A stretch of DNA of 64,000 bases from Gemmatimonadota bacterium (lineage in GTDB: Bacteria > Gemmatimonadota > Gemmatimonadetes > Longimicrobiales > Gaopeijiaceae). The notes beneath the pieces were generated by a model, which saw only the letters and a list, made by a program, of their open reading frames with translations, did not search any database and was not told the origin of the DNA. Location of the stretch: contig JAXHMG010000003.1 in NCBI GenBank assembly GCA_034521595.1, positions 1,696,001 to 1,760,000 of the forward strand. Direction: 5' to 3'. How positions within the stretch are numbered: position 1 is the stretch's first letter; every line of letters begins with the position of its first letter. The translations under genes were made by a program, and so were the position numbers. This document shows positions 1-10,070 of this stretch, one piece after another.

Positions 1-234
1 CTCTTCGAGAGTCGGCGCGGGACGCAGCGGCACGGAGTCCAGATCGACCTCGACCGTGCTCGAACCGCCCACCGTGCTGACCGGGCGTGGCACGTCGATG
101 GTGATTCCCTCGATATCGTACCGGCCGACGGAATCCGTCGTCACCGTATCGGAGGGTTCCTGGCCGCTTCCGGGAACCGGAGCACAGGCGATCACGAGCC
201 CGAGCACGACGGTGTGACGAAGGCTGGAGAGCAT
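1..234 (-). CDS. Secreted protein, 5' part only (runs off the window edge); possibly a TonB-dependent receptor N-terminus
   Basis: Manual translation from ATG at 234: MLSSLRHTVVLGLVIACAPVPGSGQEPSDTVTTDSVGRYDIEGITIDVPRPVSTVGGSSTVEVDLDSVPLRPAPTLEE. Signal peptide followed by a TonB-box-like 'EGITID' segment. Not in the supplied ORF track. Confidence 0.5.
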   Translation of the reverse strand, partial: MLSSLRHTVVLGLVIACAPVPGSGQEPSDTVTTDSVGRYDIEGITIDVPRPVSTVGGSSTVEVDLDSVPLRPAPTLEE

Positions 235-296
235 GGGAGTCCGTAGGAGCTTTATCGGGTTCCCGCCTGCGACCGGCTCGTAACTCAATCGGCGAG

Positions 297-2018
297 CTAG
301 AAGAACACCGGCTCTTTGTACGCCCCGAAGACGTTCTCCATCGCGTGCCGGATCTCGAAGAGCGTGCAGTACGCGCGGGCGCAGTCGAGGATGTACGGCA
401 CGACGTTCTCGCCGTCCCGAGACGCGTTCTCCAGGGCCTGGAGCGTTTGCTCCACCCGTTCGTCGTCCCGTTCCTCGCGAAGCTTCTTCATCCGCGCCAC
501 CTGGCGCTCTTCCACGTCGCGATCGATCCGCAGCGTGTCGATCTCGATGTCGCCGGAGCCTTCGGTGAAGCGGTTCACTCCGACGATCACCCGATCCGTC
601 GACTCGATGTCGTGCTGCTGGCGCATCGCCGACTGGGCGATCTCGCGCTGGAACCAACCCGCCTCGATTCCGGGCACGACGCCGCCCATCCCGTCGATCT
701 CGTCGAACAGGTCGAGCGCCTCGCGCTCCAACTCGTCCGTCAGCGCCTCGACGTAGTACGAGCCCGCGAGCGGGTCGATGGTATTCGGCACACCCGACTC
801 GTGAGCAAGGATCTGCTGCGTGCGAAGCGCGATGCGCACCGCCTTCTCGGTCGGTAGCGACAGCGTCTCGTCCATGGAGTTCGTATGGAGCGACTGCGTT
901 CCACCGAGGGCCGCCGCCATCGCCTGATAGGCGACCCGCACGATGTTGTTTTCCGGCTGCTGCGCCGTGAGGCTCACACCGGCGGTCTGCGCGTGGGTCC
1001 GAAGCCTCCACGACTCTGGGTTCTTCGCCCCGTGCTTCTCCTTCATGCCGCGCGCCCAGATGCGCCGAGCCGCCCGAAACTTCGCGATCTCCTCGAAGAA
1101 GTCGTTGTGTACGTCGAAGAAGAACGAGAGCCGCGGGGCGAACGCGTCGACATCGAGCCCACGGGCGATCCCCCGCTCCACGTACTCGAAACCGTTCCGC
1201 AAGGTGAACGCGAGCTCCTGACCCGCCGTGGCGCCCGCCTCCCGGATGTGGTAGCCGGAGATGGAGACGGGGTTGTACTTGGGCGCATGCTCACTGCACC
1301 ACTCGAACATGTCGACGATCAAACGGAGGGCCGGATCGGGCGGGAACACCCACGCGTGCTGCGCCTGGTACTCCTTGAGGATGTCGTTCTGGACCGTCCC
1401 TCGGAGCTTGTCCGGGGAAATGCCCTGGCGCTCGGCCGCCGCGACGTAGAAGCAGAAGAGGATGATCGCGGGCCCGTTGATGGTCATCGACACGGAAACC
1501 TGGTCGAGCGGAATGCCGTCGAACAGGGTCTCCATGTCGGCCAGCGAAGAGATCGCGACGCCACACACCCCCACCTCTCCGAGCGAGCGCGGGTGGTCCG
1601 AGTCGTAGCCCATGAGCGTCGGGAAATCGAACGCCACGGAGAGACCCGTCTGACCATTCTCGAGCAGATACTTGTAGCGCTCGTTCGTTTCGACGGCGCT
1701 CGCGAACCCGGCGAACTGGCGCATCGTCCAGAGCCGTGTCCGGTACATGCTGTGGTACGGCCCCCGCGTGAACGGATACTCACCCGGAAAGCCGATCTGC
1801 TCCTGATAGTCCGTGCCGGCAACGTCCACGGGCGTGTAGAGGGGCTTCACCTCTCGCCCCGAAAGCGAGAGGAACGACTCGTCCCGCTGCGAAGCGGACT
1901 CGAACGTTTGCTCCCACTCGGAGAGACGCTCCTTCAATTCCGCGAGCTCGGTCTCCCGCTCACGGACGAGGTCCTCCAACTCGGACCGGCTCAAGACGTC
2001 GTTCTCGGTCGTCGACAT
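297..2018 (-). CDS. B12-dependent acyl-CoA mutase large (substrate-binding) subunit, isobutyryl-CoA mutase-like
   Basis: Motifs [55 protein letters not shown]. No C-terminal B12-binding domain. ATG 2018 follows GAGGAG. Confidence 0.93.
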   Translation of the reverse strand: MSTTENDVLSRSELEDLVRERETELAELKERLSEWEQTFESASQRDESFLSLSGREVKPLYTPVDVAGTDYQEQIGFPGEYPFTRGPYHSMYRTRLWTMRQFAGFASAVETNERYKYLLENGQTGLSVAFDFPTLMGYDSDHPRSLGEVGVCGVAISSLADMETLFDGIPLDQVSVSMTINGPAIILFCFYVAAAERQGISPDKLRGTVQNDILKEYQAQHAWVFPPDPALRLIVDMFEWCSEHAPKYNPVSISGYHIREAGATAGQELAFTLRNGFEYVERGIARGLDVDAFAPRLSFFFDVHNDFFEEIAKFRAARRIWARGMKEKHGAKNPESWRLRTHAQTAGVSLTAQQPENNIVRVAYQAMAAALGGTQSLHTNSMDETLSLPTEKAVRIALRTQQILAHESGVPNTIDPLAGSYYVEALTDELEREALDLFDEIDGMGGVVPGIEAGWFQREIAQSAMRQQHDIESTDRVIVGVNRFTEGSGDIEIDTLRIDRDVEERQVARMKKLREERDDERVEQTLQALENASRDGENVVPYILDCARAYCTLFEIRHAMENVFGAYKEPVFF

Positions 2019-2086
2019 GCCCACTCCTCAAATGCGTTGCCCGTCGGGTACCCCTCGAAGAAAGATGCTCGATTCCGGGGCTCGGT

Positions 2087-3172
2087 TCAACGAAGCAATC
2101 CTTCGATGATCTGCTTGGCGACCGAATAGGGCGTCGCGTCGCTGTCTCGGATGCGCTCGACACCGGTATCGAGACGCTGCAGGACCTCCGGCCGGCTCCA
2201 GGTGATCCGGAGCAGCTCGCGGTTCACGACGTCCTGAACGCGTCCACGTGCCCGAGCCCGCCTGCGCGCTTCGAGCTGACCGCTGGAGACGAGCCAGCGG
2301 CGGTGGTCTTCGACCGCTTCGAGCAGCTCGTCGACACCCTCTCCCGTCTGCGCCGTCGTCGCGAGCACCGGCAACGTCCATCCTTCGTCCACGGCCGGGG
2401 GCGCCTCGCTTCGCTCCTTCTCCAACACACGTGAGAGGTCGACTCCGTGATGCGCGGGAACATCCTTCGAGGCGCTCCCCGACCGGAGGTGGATGGCCTG
2501 TCGGATCTCCTTGACGAGCCGCTCCGCGCCCGGGCGGTCCGCCTTGTTCACCACGAAGATGTCCGCGATCTCCATGAGGCCCGCCTTCATGGCCTGGATC
2601 GCGTCCCCGGACTCGGGAACCAGCACGACGACGACCGTGTCGGCGGCGGCCGTGATCTCGAGCTCCGTCTGTCCAACCCCGACCGTCTCCACCAGGATCC
2701 GCTCGAAGCGGAAGGCGTCCATGAGGTCCAGAACTTCCTTCGTCGTCGTCGCCAGCCCGCCGAGGGAGCCGCGGGTCGCCATGGAGCGGATGAAGATCCC
2801 GGGATCGACGGCGAGATCGTTCATCCGGATCCGGTCGCCGAGAAGGGCGCCACCCGAATAGGGCGAGGTCGGGTCGACGGCCACCACGCCCACACGCTCG
2901 TCCCGCGCGCGGTATCTCGTTGCGGCCGCGGACACGAGGCTGGACTTGCCGGCTCCGGGAGGGCCCGTGAAACCCACACGGGCGGTCTCGGGCCCCGCCT
3001 TGAGCAACTCGTGAAGGAGCTCCTGGAATCCCTGCTGCTCGTTCTCGACCATCGAGATCGCGCGCGCGAGCGCGACCGGCTTCTGCTCCCGGAAGCGCGC
3101 CCGGAGCTTCTCGAGCTCCGGAGGCAGGTCTCCGGTGAGGGGCGGCATATGGGTCATCGGCGTCTCGTCCAC
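2087..3172 (-). CDS. meaB: Mutase-associated GTPase chaperone MeaB/ArgK
   Basis: GFTGPPGAGKSS, VDPTSPYSGGALLGDRIRM, ETVGVGQTE, NKAD motifs; adjacent to the mutase gene. Confidence 0.95.
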   Translation of the reverse strand: MDETPMTHMPPLTGDLPPELEKLRARFREQKPVALARAISMVENEQQGFQELLHELLKAGPETARVGFTGPPGAGKSSLVSAAATRYRARDERVGVVAVDPTSPYSGGALLGDRIRMNDLAVDPGIFIRSMATRGSLGGLATTTKEVLDLMDAFRFERILVETVGVGQTELEITAAADTVVVVLVPESGDAIQAMKAGLMEIADIFVVNKADRPGAERLVKEIRQAIHLRSGSASKDVPAHHGVDLSRVLEKERSEAPPAVDEGWTLPVLATTAQTGEGVDELLEAVEDHRRWLVSSGQLEARRRARARGRVQDVVNRELLRITWSRPEVLQRLDTGVERIRDSDATPYSVAKQIIEGLLR

Positions 3173-3211
3173 TCGGCTTCGATTCGTGCCCGTGTCGGGT
3201 GTGGGCGCCCA

Positions 3212-3220
3212 ATCCTATCA
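3212..3220 (-). promoter_or_regulatory. Possible extended -10 element (TGaTAGGAT) upstream of meaB
   Basis: Minus strand reads TGATAGGAT about 40 nt upstream of the meaB start, inside a 100-bp intergenic gap; the -35 region is weak. Confidence 0.4.
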
Positions 3221-3274
3221 GAGCGCGACGACCGTGCACAGGTCTTCGCGGGCGCCCCCGGAGGGAAGCGGCAG

Positions 3275-4936
3275 TCAGTGCCACTCCTGGGGCTTCACGC
3301 CCCGCGCGTGGCGGAGTGGGTTCTCGAATAGATGGATGGGCAGGAAGAGCACGACGACGAACATCACCAGCGCCAGAAAGAGCCCGAGGCCGAGCAGCCA
3401 CCAGCTCCGGAGCGCGATGAACAGGATCGACGTGATGACGGCCGTAGCGCTCGCGAAGATGCTGAGGAGGACCCGACGAGCCTGCAGATGCAGGAAGCGC
3501 TCCTGAGCCTGCACATCGCGTGGATGAACCCTGACGCGCAACTCCTCCCGCTCGGCCCGCGTCACGAGATCCCGCACCGAGCGAATCGCACCCTGGGCTT
3601 CCTCGAACACGCCGCGCGCGACCTGCGCCGGTTGCTGCCCCGTGGACCGCAGCAGCTCGTGACGGTGCTTTTGCACCACCCCTCGAATGAAGGTGACGCC
3701 GTCGAAGTTCGGATCGTACTTGAACGCGAGCCCTTCGATGAGCGCGGCCGTGCGGAAGAAATACACGAGCTCCTGGGGGAGCATGAGCGGCCAGGTGTAG
3801 AACGTGTCGAGCACGTCGTGGACCAACTCGTCCACGATGCGCTGCCGGTTCGTCGTCTTCGCCCGCTCGACGACGCGGAGGATCTCGGTGGCCGCCTCGC
3901 GAATCTCCCCCCGGGACACGTCGGGGCTGATCATGCCCAACTGGTACATCTCGTTGATGACCCCGTCGATGTCCTCGCGGCCCAGGGCCAACGCGGCGTT
4001 CAGGATCGACTGTCGCGTCCACTTCGGGACCTCGAGCACCGCGCCCCAATCGAGCACGACCAGCGTGCCGTCATCCTGAACCAGGAGGTTGCCGGCATGC
4101 GGATCGGCGTGCATGAAGCCATCCACCATCATCATCCGCAGATAGACGCCCGTGAGCGTCTCCATGGTCTCCCGGAAGGAGAGCTTCCCGGCCTCGAACT
4201 GCGGGTGCAGGCGGTCGATCTTCGTCCCCTGCACATGCTCCATGACCAGCACCCGCCGGCGGGTGAAGCGGTCGAGGACCTCGGGGGCCCGCACCGGATG
4301 AGTTCGGCTGAACACGGCACGGAAACGCGCCATGTTCGCCGCCTCCTCCCGGAAATCCATCTCCGAGCGGACCCGAACCGAAAACTCCCGGACGACGTTC
4401 GTGAGCGCTTGGACGTGATGGTTGGGGAACAGGATGTTGAGCCAGTAGAGCAACCGGAACGAGATGTCGATGTCGAGCGCGACCGCGGCGACCACGCCCG
4501 GCCGAAGCACCTTGACCACGATGTCACGCCCGTCCACCCGCGCGCGGTGCACCTGCCCGAGGCTCGCCGCGGCGATCGGCTCGTCCACGAAATCCTCGAA
4601 GAGCTCCGAAACCGGAGCGCCGAGCTCCTCCTCGACGACGGCGCGGATCTCGGATGCCGGATCGGCGGGAACCTGGTCCTGCAACCGGCCGACTTCCGAG
4701 AGGTACGGCTCTGGAAGGATGTCCGCTCGCGAGCTCAGGAGCTGCGATAGCTTCACGAACGTCGGGCCGAGCGCCGCGAGACGGCTCGTGAGCCGTTCGG
4801 CTCTCCTCTGGTGATGCTCCGCGGAGCGACGCATCGGCCGCCCCACGACGATCCCGCGGCGCCTGTCCCGCAGAAAGGCGATCGCGAATGGCGTGAGACG
4901 CCAGAGAACCGACACGAACCGGATGAGTCGTTTCAC
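3275..4936 (-). CDS. ABC1/AarF/UbiB family atypical kinase
   Basis: LGPTFVKLSQ, AAASLGQVHRA, VKV, HADPHAGN, LDWG; two C-terminal hydrophobic helices. Confidence 0.92.
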   Translation of the reverse strand: MKRLIRFVSVLWRLTPFAIAFLRDRRRGIVVGRPMRRSAEHHQRRAERLTSRLAALGPTFVKLSQLLSSRADILPEPYLSEVGRLQDQVPADPASEIRAVVEEELGAPVSELFEDFVDEPIAAASLGQVHRARVDGRDIVVKVLRPGVVAAVALDIDISFRLLYWLNILFPNHHVQALTNVVREFSVRVRSEMDFREEAANMARFRAVFSRTHPVRAPEVLDRFTRRRVLVMEHVQGTKIDRLHPQFEAGKLSFRETMETLTGVYLRMMMVDGFMHADPHAGNLLVQDDGTLVVLDWGAVLEVPKWTRQSILNAALALGREDIDGVINEMYQLGMISPDVSRGEIREAATEILRVVERAKTTNRQRIVDELVHDVLDTFYTWPLMLPQELVYFFRTAALIEGLAFKYDPNFDGVTFIRGVVQKHRHELLRSTGQQPAQVARGVFEEAQGAIRSVRDLVTRAEREELRVRVHPRDVQAQERFLHLQARRVLLSIFASATAVITSILFIALRSWWLLGLGLFLALVMFVVVLFLPIHLFENPLRHARGVKPQEWH

Positions 4937-4949
4937 GTCAACTCCGCCT

Positions 4950-6314
4950 TCAGAGCAGGAAGCCGCTAGCGAGGCCGAGGAGGAAGAGGAACCCGAAGAG
5001 GTCGGTGAACGGCGTCACGAACATGGACGAACCCACCGCCGGGTCGACACCGAGCCGGTTGAGCATCGCGGGCATGAACGAGCCGAGAAAGCCGGCCACC
5101 ACCAGGTTCCCCCACATGGCCGTGAGCACGACGATCCCCAGGACCGGATCACCGCCGATGAAGACCGCGAGAAGCGCCACCACCCCACCGATGATGCCAC
5201 CGTTCACGATCCCGACCGCCAGCTCGCGCCCGACCATGGCGGCCAGCTCGCGCACCGGCTCGACGCCACCGTCCAGAGCAATCGTGCGCACGGTGACCGC
5301 GAGCGCCTGTGTCCCCGCGTTCCCTCCCAGTCCCGCGATGATCGGCATGATCGCCGCGAGGATCACCACGTTCTCGATCGTGGACGAGAACGCGTAGACC
5401 ACCGACGACGCCGCGGCCGCGGTGAAGAGATTCACGAACAGCCACGGGACCCGTGTCCGAACCGACTCCTGCCACGTATATCGGAGTGCCTTCTCGTCAC
5501 TCCCGACACCGGCCATGAGGAAGATGTCCTCGGTCTGCTCGGCTTCGATCACGTCGATCACGTCGTCGAAGGTGATCCGTCCCAAGAGCACGTCGTTCGA
5601 ATCCACCACCGGAATGGAAGCCAGGTTGTAGCGTCCGATGAGCCGCCCCACATCCTCCTGATCAGTGGTGGGCAGCACCGTCGCGATGGGCTCCTCGACC
5701 AGCGTGTCGATCGGCTCGTGCGGGTCGGCGATGACGAGATCGTCCAGGCGAAGCGTGCCGGCCAGCCTCCCGGCCCGGTCCACGACGAAGACGGTGTAGA
5801 AGTCCTCGACGCGCTTCCCCTGCAGGCGGACCTGCTCGAGCGCCTCGACCGCCGTGAGCGCCGCGTCCACGGCCACGAACTCCGTGGTCATCAGACCGCC
5901 GGCGGTTTCCTCGTCGTGCTCGAGCAGTCCCCGGAACGTGACGCTTTCCGGCAGTCCCTCCAACACCTGCTGCTGCTCTTCGGGCTCGAGCTCGCCGATC
6001 AGGTCGACCGCGTCGTCGTCCGCGAGCTGAAGCAGGAGCTGTGCCCGCTTGTCCGGACGCAACGCGGCGAGCAGCTCGGCACGGTCGCCCCCCGCGTCCA
6101 TCTCCGCGAGCGTCCGGGAGGCGAGGTCGGCGGGGAGGGCGGACACCATGAGCACCCGTTCTTCGTCCGTGAGCCCCTCGACCAGATCGGCCAGGTCGGA
6201 CGGGTGCACCTCCTCGGCGAGCTTCGCGACCGCCCGATACCGTCGCCCGGCCAGGAGCTCCCTCACCTGCTCGCGCAGGCCCTCGAGGTCCATGTCGGAC
6301 TCGGCGGTCGTCAC
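4950..6314 (-). CDS. mgtE: Magnesium transporter MgtE
   Basis: N domain, CBS pair (TAGGLMT...GRITFDDVID), GGNAGTQA, GVDPA, TDLFG. Confidence 0.95.
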   Translation of the reverse strand: MTTAESDMDLEGLREQVRELLAGRRYRAVAKLAEEVHPSDLADLVEGLTDEERVLMVSALPADLASRTLAEMDAGGDRAELLAALRPDKRAQLLLQLADDDAVDLIGELEPEEQQQVLEGLPESVTFRGLLEHDEETAGGLMTTEFVAVDAALTAVEALEQVRLQGKRVEDFYTVFVVDRAGRLAGTLRLDDLVIADPHEPIDTLVEEPIATVLPTTDQEDVGRLIGRYNLASIPVVDSNDVLLGRITFDDVIDVIEAEQTEDIFLMAGVGSDEKALRYTWQESVRTRVPWLFVNLFTAAAASSVVYAFSSTIENVVILAAIMPIIAGLGGNAGTQALAVTVRTIALDGGVEPVRELAAMVGRELAVGIVNGGIIGGVVALLAVFIGGDPVLGIVVLTAMWGNLVVAGFLGSFMPAMLNRLGVDPAVGSSMFVTPFTDLFGFLFLLGLASGFLL

Positions 6315-6757
6315 ACGTCCGCTCCGTCGAGCACGCCCCGGTCCCGCATTCCGTCGAGGATCCGCTCCTGTCGTCCGAACATCGGGCTGTCGTAGCGATC
6401 GTCGCCGTCGGGGTGGTCGTACCCGAGCACGTGAAGCGTGCCGTGGATGGTCAGCCGCACGAGCTCTTCGGTCAGAGGAGCGCCATGCTGCTCCGCCTGG
6501 CGGCGGGCCTGGTCAAACCCGAGGTAGACGTCACCCACCAGGCCCGTGGCGTCGTCCAGCGCGAACGCGAGTACGTCGGTGGGCCGGTTCCGGCCGAGGT
6601 GCTCCCGGTTCAACTCCCGGATGCCCTCGTCACCGAGCAGCGTGAGAGACAACTCCACTCCCTCGGCCCCCTCCGCTTCGAGCGTCGCGAACACCGCCCG
6701 ACGCAGCACGTCCGCATCGGCCGCCCGGAACGTCCCGGGGTCCACGACGACGTTCAC
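6311..6757 (-). CDS. ybeY: rRNA maturation endoribonuclease YbeY
   Basis: PTDVLAF and HGTLHVLGYDH zinc motif. Confidence 0.95.
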   Translation of the reverse strand: MNVVVDPGTFRAADADVLRRAVFATLEAEGAEGVELSLTLLGDEGIRELNREHLGRNRPTDVLAFALDDATGLVGDVYLGFDQARRQAEQHGAPLTEELVRLTIHGTLHVLGYDHPDGDDRYDSPMFGRQERILDGMRDRGVLDGADV

Positions 6758-9072
6758 GGACCGAGCTTGGCATCGGCGGATCGGTCGGGCTCGTCCGCGC
6801 CTCCCGCGGCCACCGCGGCATCGTTGTCGGGCGCCTCGCCCGCGGGCTTCTCCGCCTTCGCCGCATCCGTCAGGTGCTTGGTGGCGGGATATTCGATGCG
6901 CCGGTGGGACACGCCCCCCAGGATCTTGGCGAACTGTTCTTTGGCCCGGGCCACCTCGGCGAGCGTCAGCGGGGCGTCGTCCAGCTGACCGTCGGCGATC
7001 TTCGCCGCGACGATCGAGTCGATGAGCGTCTTGACCCGCTCGACGGTCGGTTCCCGCATGGCTCGGCCGGCCGACTCACAAGAATCGGCGAGCATCACGA
7101 TCGCGGTCTCCTTGGAGCGTGGCTTGGGCCCCGGGTACGAATAGCGCGTGAGGTCGACGTCGCCGTCCGTGCCTTCGAGCGCCTTCTCGTAAAAGAATCC
7201 GATCTTCTGCGTGCCGTGGTGCTCGAGAATAAAATCCAGCACGACATTGGGAACGTTGGCTTCCCGAGCCAGGCGAGCCCCCTCCGTCACGTGCTCCCGA
7301 ACGATCGTCGCCGATGTCTCGGGCTTGAGCTTGTCGTGCGGGTTCCGCCCTTCCGGTTGGTTCTCCACGAAGTAGTGTGGCTTGAGCATCTTGCCGACGT
7401 CGTGATACAGGACACCTACCCGACAGAGGAGCCCGTTCGCTCCGATCTCGGACGCCGCCGCCTCCGCGAGATTCGCCACGTTGATGGTGTGCGCGTAGGT
7501 GCCGGGTGCTTCCATTGAAAGGCGCCTGAGCAGCGGACGCGTCGGGTCCGCCCATTCCAGGAGGGTCTGGTCGGTGGTGATGCCCGTGAAGAGCTCGAAC
7601 ACCCAGAGGAATCCCATCGCGAGGAGCGCCGACACCGTGGCGTTCCCCGCGAACACGGCTCCCGACTGGAGCGCCCCGGTCAGGCCTCCACCGGTCGCGA
7701 GCGCGTAGGAGAGCAGCATCACCACCGCTCCCAGCGCGGTCAGCGCGATGGAAACCCAGGTCTCCGACCTGCGACGCACGGCACGCACGCTCATGGCCGC
7801 GGCCGATCCGGCGGCGATGAGGGCGAGCACGAACCCGTAGTCGGAGAACGGCGGGAGCGTGCCGGTGATCGCGGCGAGGATCAACACGAGGAAGAGGGAC
7901 ATGCGAGTGTCCCACAGCACGGCGACGGGAAGCGCCACGAAGGCGATGGGAAGCCACTCCGGAGCGAGGCCCCCACGGTCGATCGCGATTCCCGCACCGA
8001 AGTACGCGGCCGACAACAACGCGATCAGCAGGAGCCAACGGAAATTCGCATACACCTTCGGCCGGTTGAAGAAGAGCAACAGCCCGAAGATCGAGATGAG
8101 CCCGATGTTCAACAGCCATGCGCCGACTAGCGCGCCGACCGCGACACCTTCGCGCTCCAGAATGCCCCGTGCCTGGAGCTCCTCCTCGTAAGCCCTCAGA
8201 CGCTCGAGCGTGGCCGGACCGATCGGATCCGCCTCGCGAACGATCGCCTGACCCTGGAGCACCTGATTCTTCGTCGTGGGCACGCTCGCGGCTGCCTGCT
8301 CCCGGTCACGCTCGGTCGCGACGACGTTGAGCTCGAGGGTGAACTGGACGTGGTGGATCAGGATCAGCCGGAACAGGTCCCGCGCCTCCGGGGGGAGCTC
8401 GTCCGGAAGGAGCGCAACGGCACGAGCGAAGAAGTCGCGCGAGGTCAGGATCGATGAGGGATCGGCCACTTCCTCGTCATCCCCCCGTCGCAAGGTCACC
8501 GACCCGGCGGTGAGGTCCACCATGCGTGACGCATCCGCGACGCCCTGAGGCAAGATCTCCGTGGCGGCGCGCACGGCGGCGGAGCGGAAGGTGTCCCTAG
8601 TATCCTCGTCGAGAAGGTACTGGAGCTGCCGCGCCGTGGGCGAGATTTGACGCTCTTCGAGGATCTCACGCACGCGAGAAGTATCCCCGGCAACGGCCGC
8701 GCCATCGATCTGGCTGAAGAAGTCACGCATCCGCGTCGCGACCGTGTCGGCCAAATCGGGCGTGAAGTCGAAGGTCGGCGGCACGGCTTCCATGGCCGAG
8801 CGACGATCCCGCTCGAGCTCCGTCGCGGTCTTCGGGACGTCGAACGGGACGTCCGCGATGACGTCCTCGGGAGCGACCATCCCGAGGGTGTAGCGTTCGA
8901 CGTCCATGCCGTTCACGGGGGGAAACGCGAGGGCCACGAACGCGGCCAGCAACACCACGAGCAGCACTCTCGATCCGTGATGGCGCACGCGTCCCCCGAG
9001 CGAGCTCCCCGGATCCCCCGAGAGCCGGTGTAGCACCGACTCGCGCTCCCGCGACTTCCCTCGGGAGCTCAC
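6754..9072 (-). CDS. 7TM-HD (HDIG) membrane phosphohydrolase, PgpH-like
   Basis: N-terminal TM helix, large extracytoplasmic domain, 7TM region, then APGTYAH, YHDVGK, EHHGT, YPGPKP, LADSCE. The phoH-HD-ybeY synteny is typical. Confidence 0.9.
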   Translation of the reverse strand: MSSRGKSRERESVLHRLSGDPGSSLGGRVRHHGSRVLLVVLLAAFVALAFPPVNGMDVERYTLGMVAPEDVIADVPFDVPKTATELERDRRSAMEAVPPTFDFTPDLADTVATRMRDFFSQIDGAAVAGDTSRVREILEERQISPTARQLQYLLDEDTRDTFRSAAVRAATEILPQGVADASRMVDLTAGSVTLRRGDDEEVADPSSILTSRDFFARAVALLPDELPPEARDLFRLILIHHVQFTLELNVVATERDREQAAASVPTTKNQVLQGQAIVREADPIGPATLERLRAYEEELQARGILEREGVAVGALVGAWLLNIGLISIFGLLLFFNRPKVYANFRWLLLIALLSAAYFGAGIAIDRGGLAPEWLPIAFVALPVAVLWDTRMSLFLVLILAAITGTLPPFSDYGFVLALIAAGSAAAMSVRAVRRRSETWVSIALTALGAVVMLLSYALATGGGLTGALQSGAVFAGNATVSALLAMGFLWVFELFTGITTDQTLLEWADPTRPLLRRLSMEAPGTYAHTINVANLAEAAASEIGANGLLCRVGVLYHDVGKMLKPHYFVENQPEGRNPHDKLKPETSATIVREHVTEGARLAREANVPNVVLDFILEHHGTQKIGFFYEKALEGTDGDVDLTRYSYPGPKPRSKETAIVMLADSCESAGRAMREPTVERVKTLIDSIVAAKIADGQLDDAPLTLAEVARAKEQFAKILGGVSHRRIEYPATKHLTDAAKAEKPAGEAPDNDAAVAAGGADEPDRSADAKLGP

Positions 9073-10052
9073 GCGTCGTCCTCCGCCGCCATTTCACGCC
9101 CATAGGCCGCGATGATGTCCTTCACCAGCCGGTGGCGGATCACGTCCTTGGCATCCAGATAGACGAGGGAGATCCCCTCGATGTCGCCGAGAATGTCCTC
9201 GACCTCGAGGAGCCCGGAATCGTCGCGCCGTGGAAGGTCGATCTGCGTCTTGTCTCCCGTGATGACCACGCACGAGTTCACGCCGAGGCGGGTGAGGAAC
9301 ATCTTCATCTGGGCGCGGGTCGCGTTCTGCGCCTCATCGAGGATCACGAACGCGTCGGACAGGGTCCGGCCCCGCATGTACGCGAGCGGTGCGATCTCGA
9401 TCGTGGAGTCTTCCAACGCGCGCTGGACCCGTTCATGCGGCATCATGTCTTCCAACGCGTCGTAGAGAGGACGGAGGTAGGGATCGACCTTCTCCTGGAG
9501 ATCGCCCGGAAGGAAGCCGAGCTTCTCACCCGCTTCCACCGCGGGGCGCGCCAGCACGATGCGACGGACCCGCTTCTTGTAGAGCGCGTCCACCGCGCAA
9601 GCCACCGCGAGGTAGGTCTTGCCCGTCCCGGCCGGACCGATGCCAATGACGATGTCGTGCCCGAGAATCGAGTCGATGTAGCTTCGCTGCCCATCGGACT
9701 TGGGGACGATCGCCCCCCGCGTGCCCGGAAGCGCGATGCGCACCTCTTCCGTGGGGTGAATGACCCCTTCTTCCCCGAGGGCCTCGATCCCGTCCGCGAA
9801 GCGAGCGATATCCGCAACGTCGAATGGGGCCCGAAGGCGCGCCAACTCGATCATGTGTTGCAGGACGGGTACGGCCCGCTCGACCTCGTCGAGTCCGCCC
9901 GAGAGAATGAGATGATCGCCTCTCAGCACGGTACGAACGCCGAACAAGCGCCCTACCTCTTGGAGGTTGCGGTCGTTGACACCCGCCAGCATGAGAGGGT
10001 CCACGCCCTCCGCGTCCAGCCGGTGTTCGATCATGGTGTCGCCGTTCGTCAC
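9069..10052 (-). CDS. phoH: PhoH family ATPase (YbeZ-like)
   Basis: GPAGTGKTYLA, RPAVEAGEKLGFLPG, YMRGRTL, DEAQN, GDKTQIDL. Confidence 0.95.
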   Translation of the reverse strand: MTNGDTMIEHRLDAEGVDPLMLAGVNDRNLQEVGRLFGVRTVLRGDHLILSGGLDEVERAVPVLQHMIELARLRAPFDVADIARFADGIEALGEEGVIHPTEEVRIALPGTRGAIVPKSDGQRSYIDSILGHDIVIGIGPAGTGKTYLAVACAVDALYKKRVRRIVLARPAVEAGEKLGFLPGDLQEKVDPYLRPLYDALEDMMPHERVQRALEDSTIEIAPLAYMRGRTLSDAFVILDEAQNATRAQMKMFLTRLGVNSCVVITGDKTQIDLPRRDDSGLLEVEDILGDIEGISLVYLDAKDVIRHRLVKDIIAAYGREMAAEDDA

Positions 10053-10070
10053 GGCATCTCCCGGGAACCG

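Noticed and set aside
235-296. Possible cobalamin riboswitch between the mutase and the TonB-like gene
   Set aside because: The gap is only 62 nt and has no B12 box or conserved core, too short for the element.
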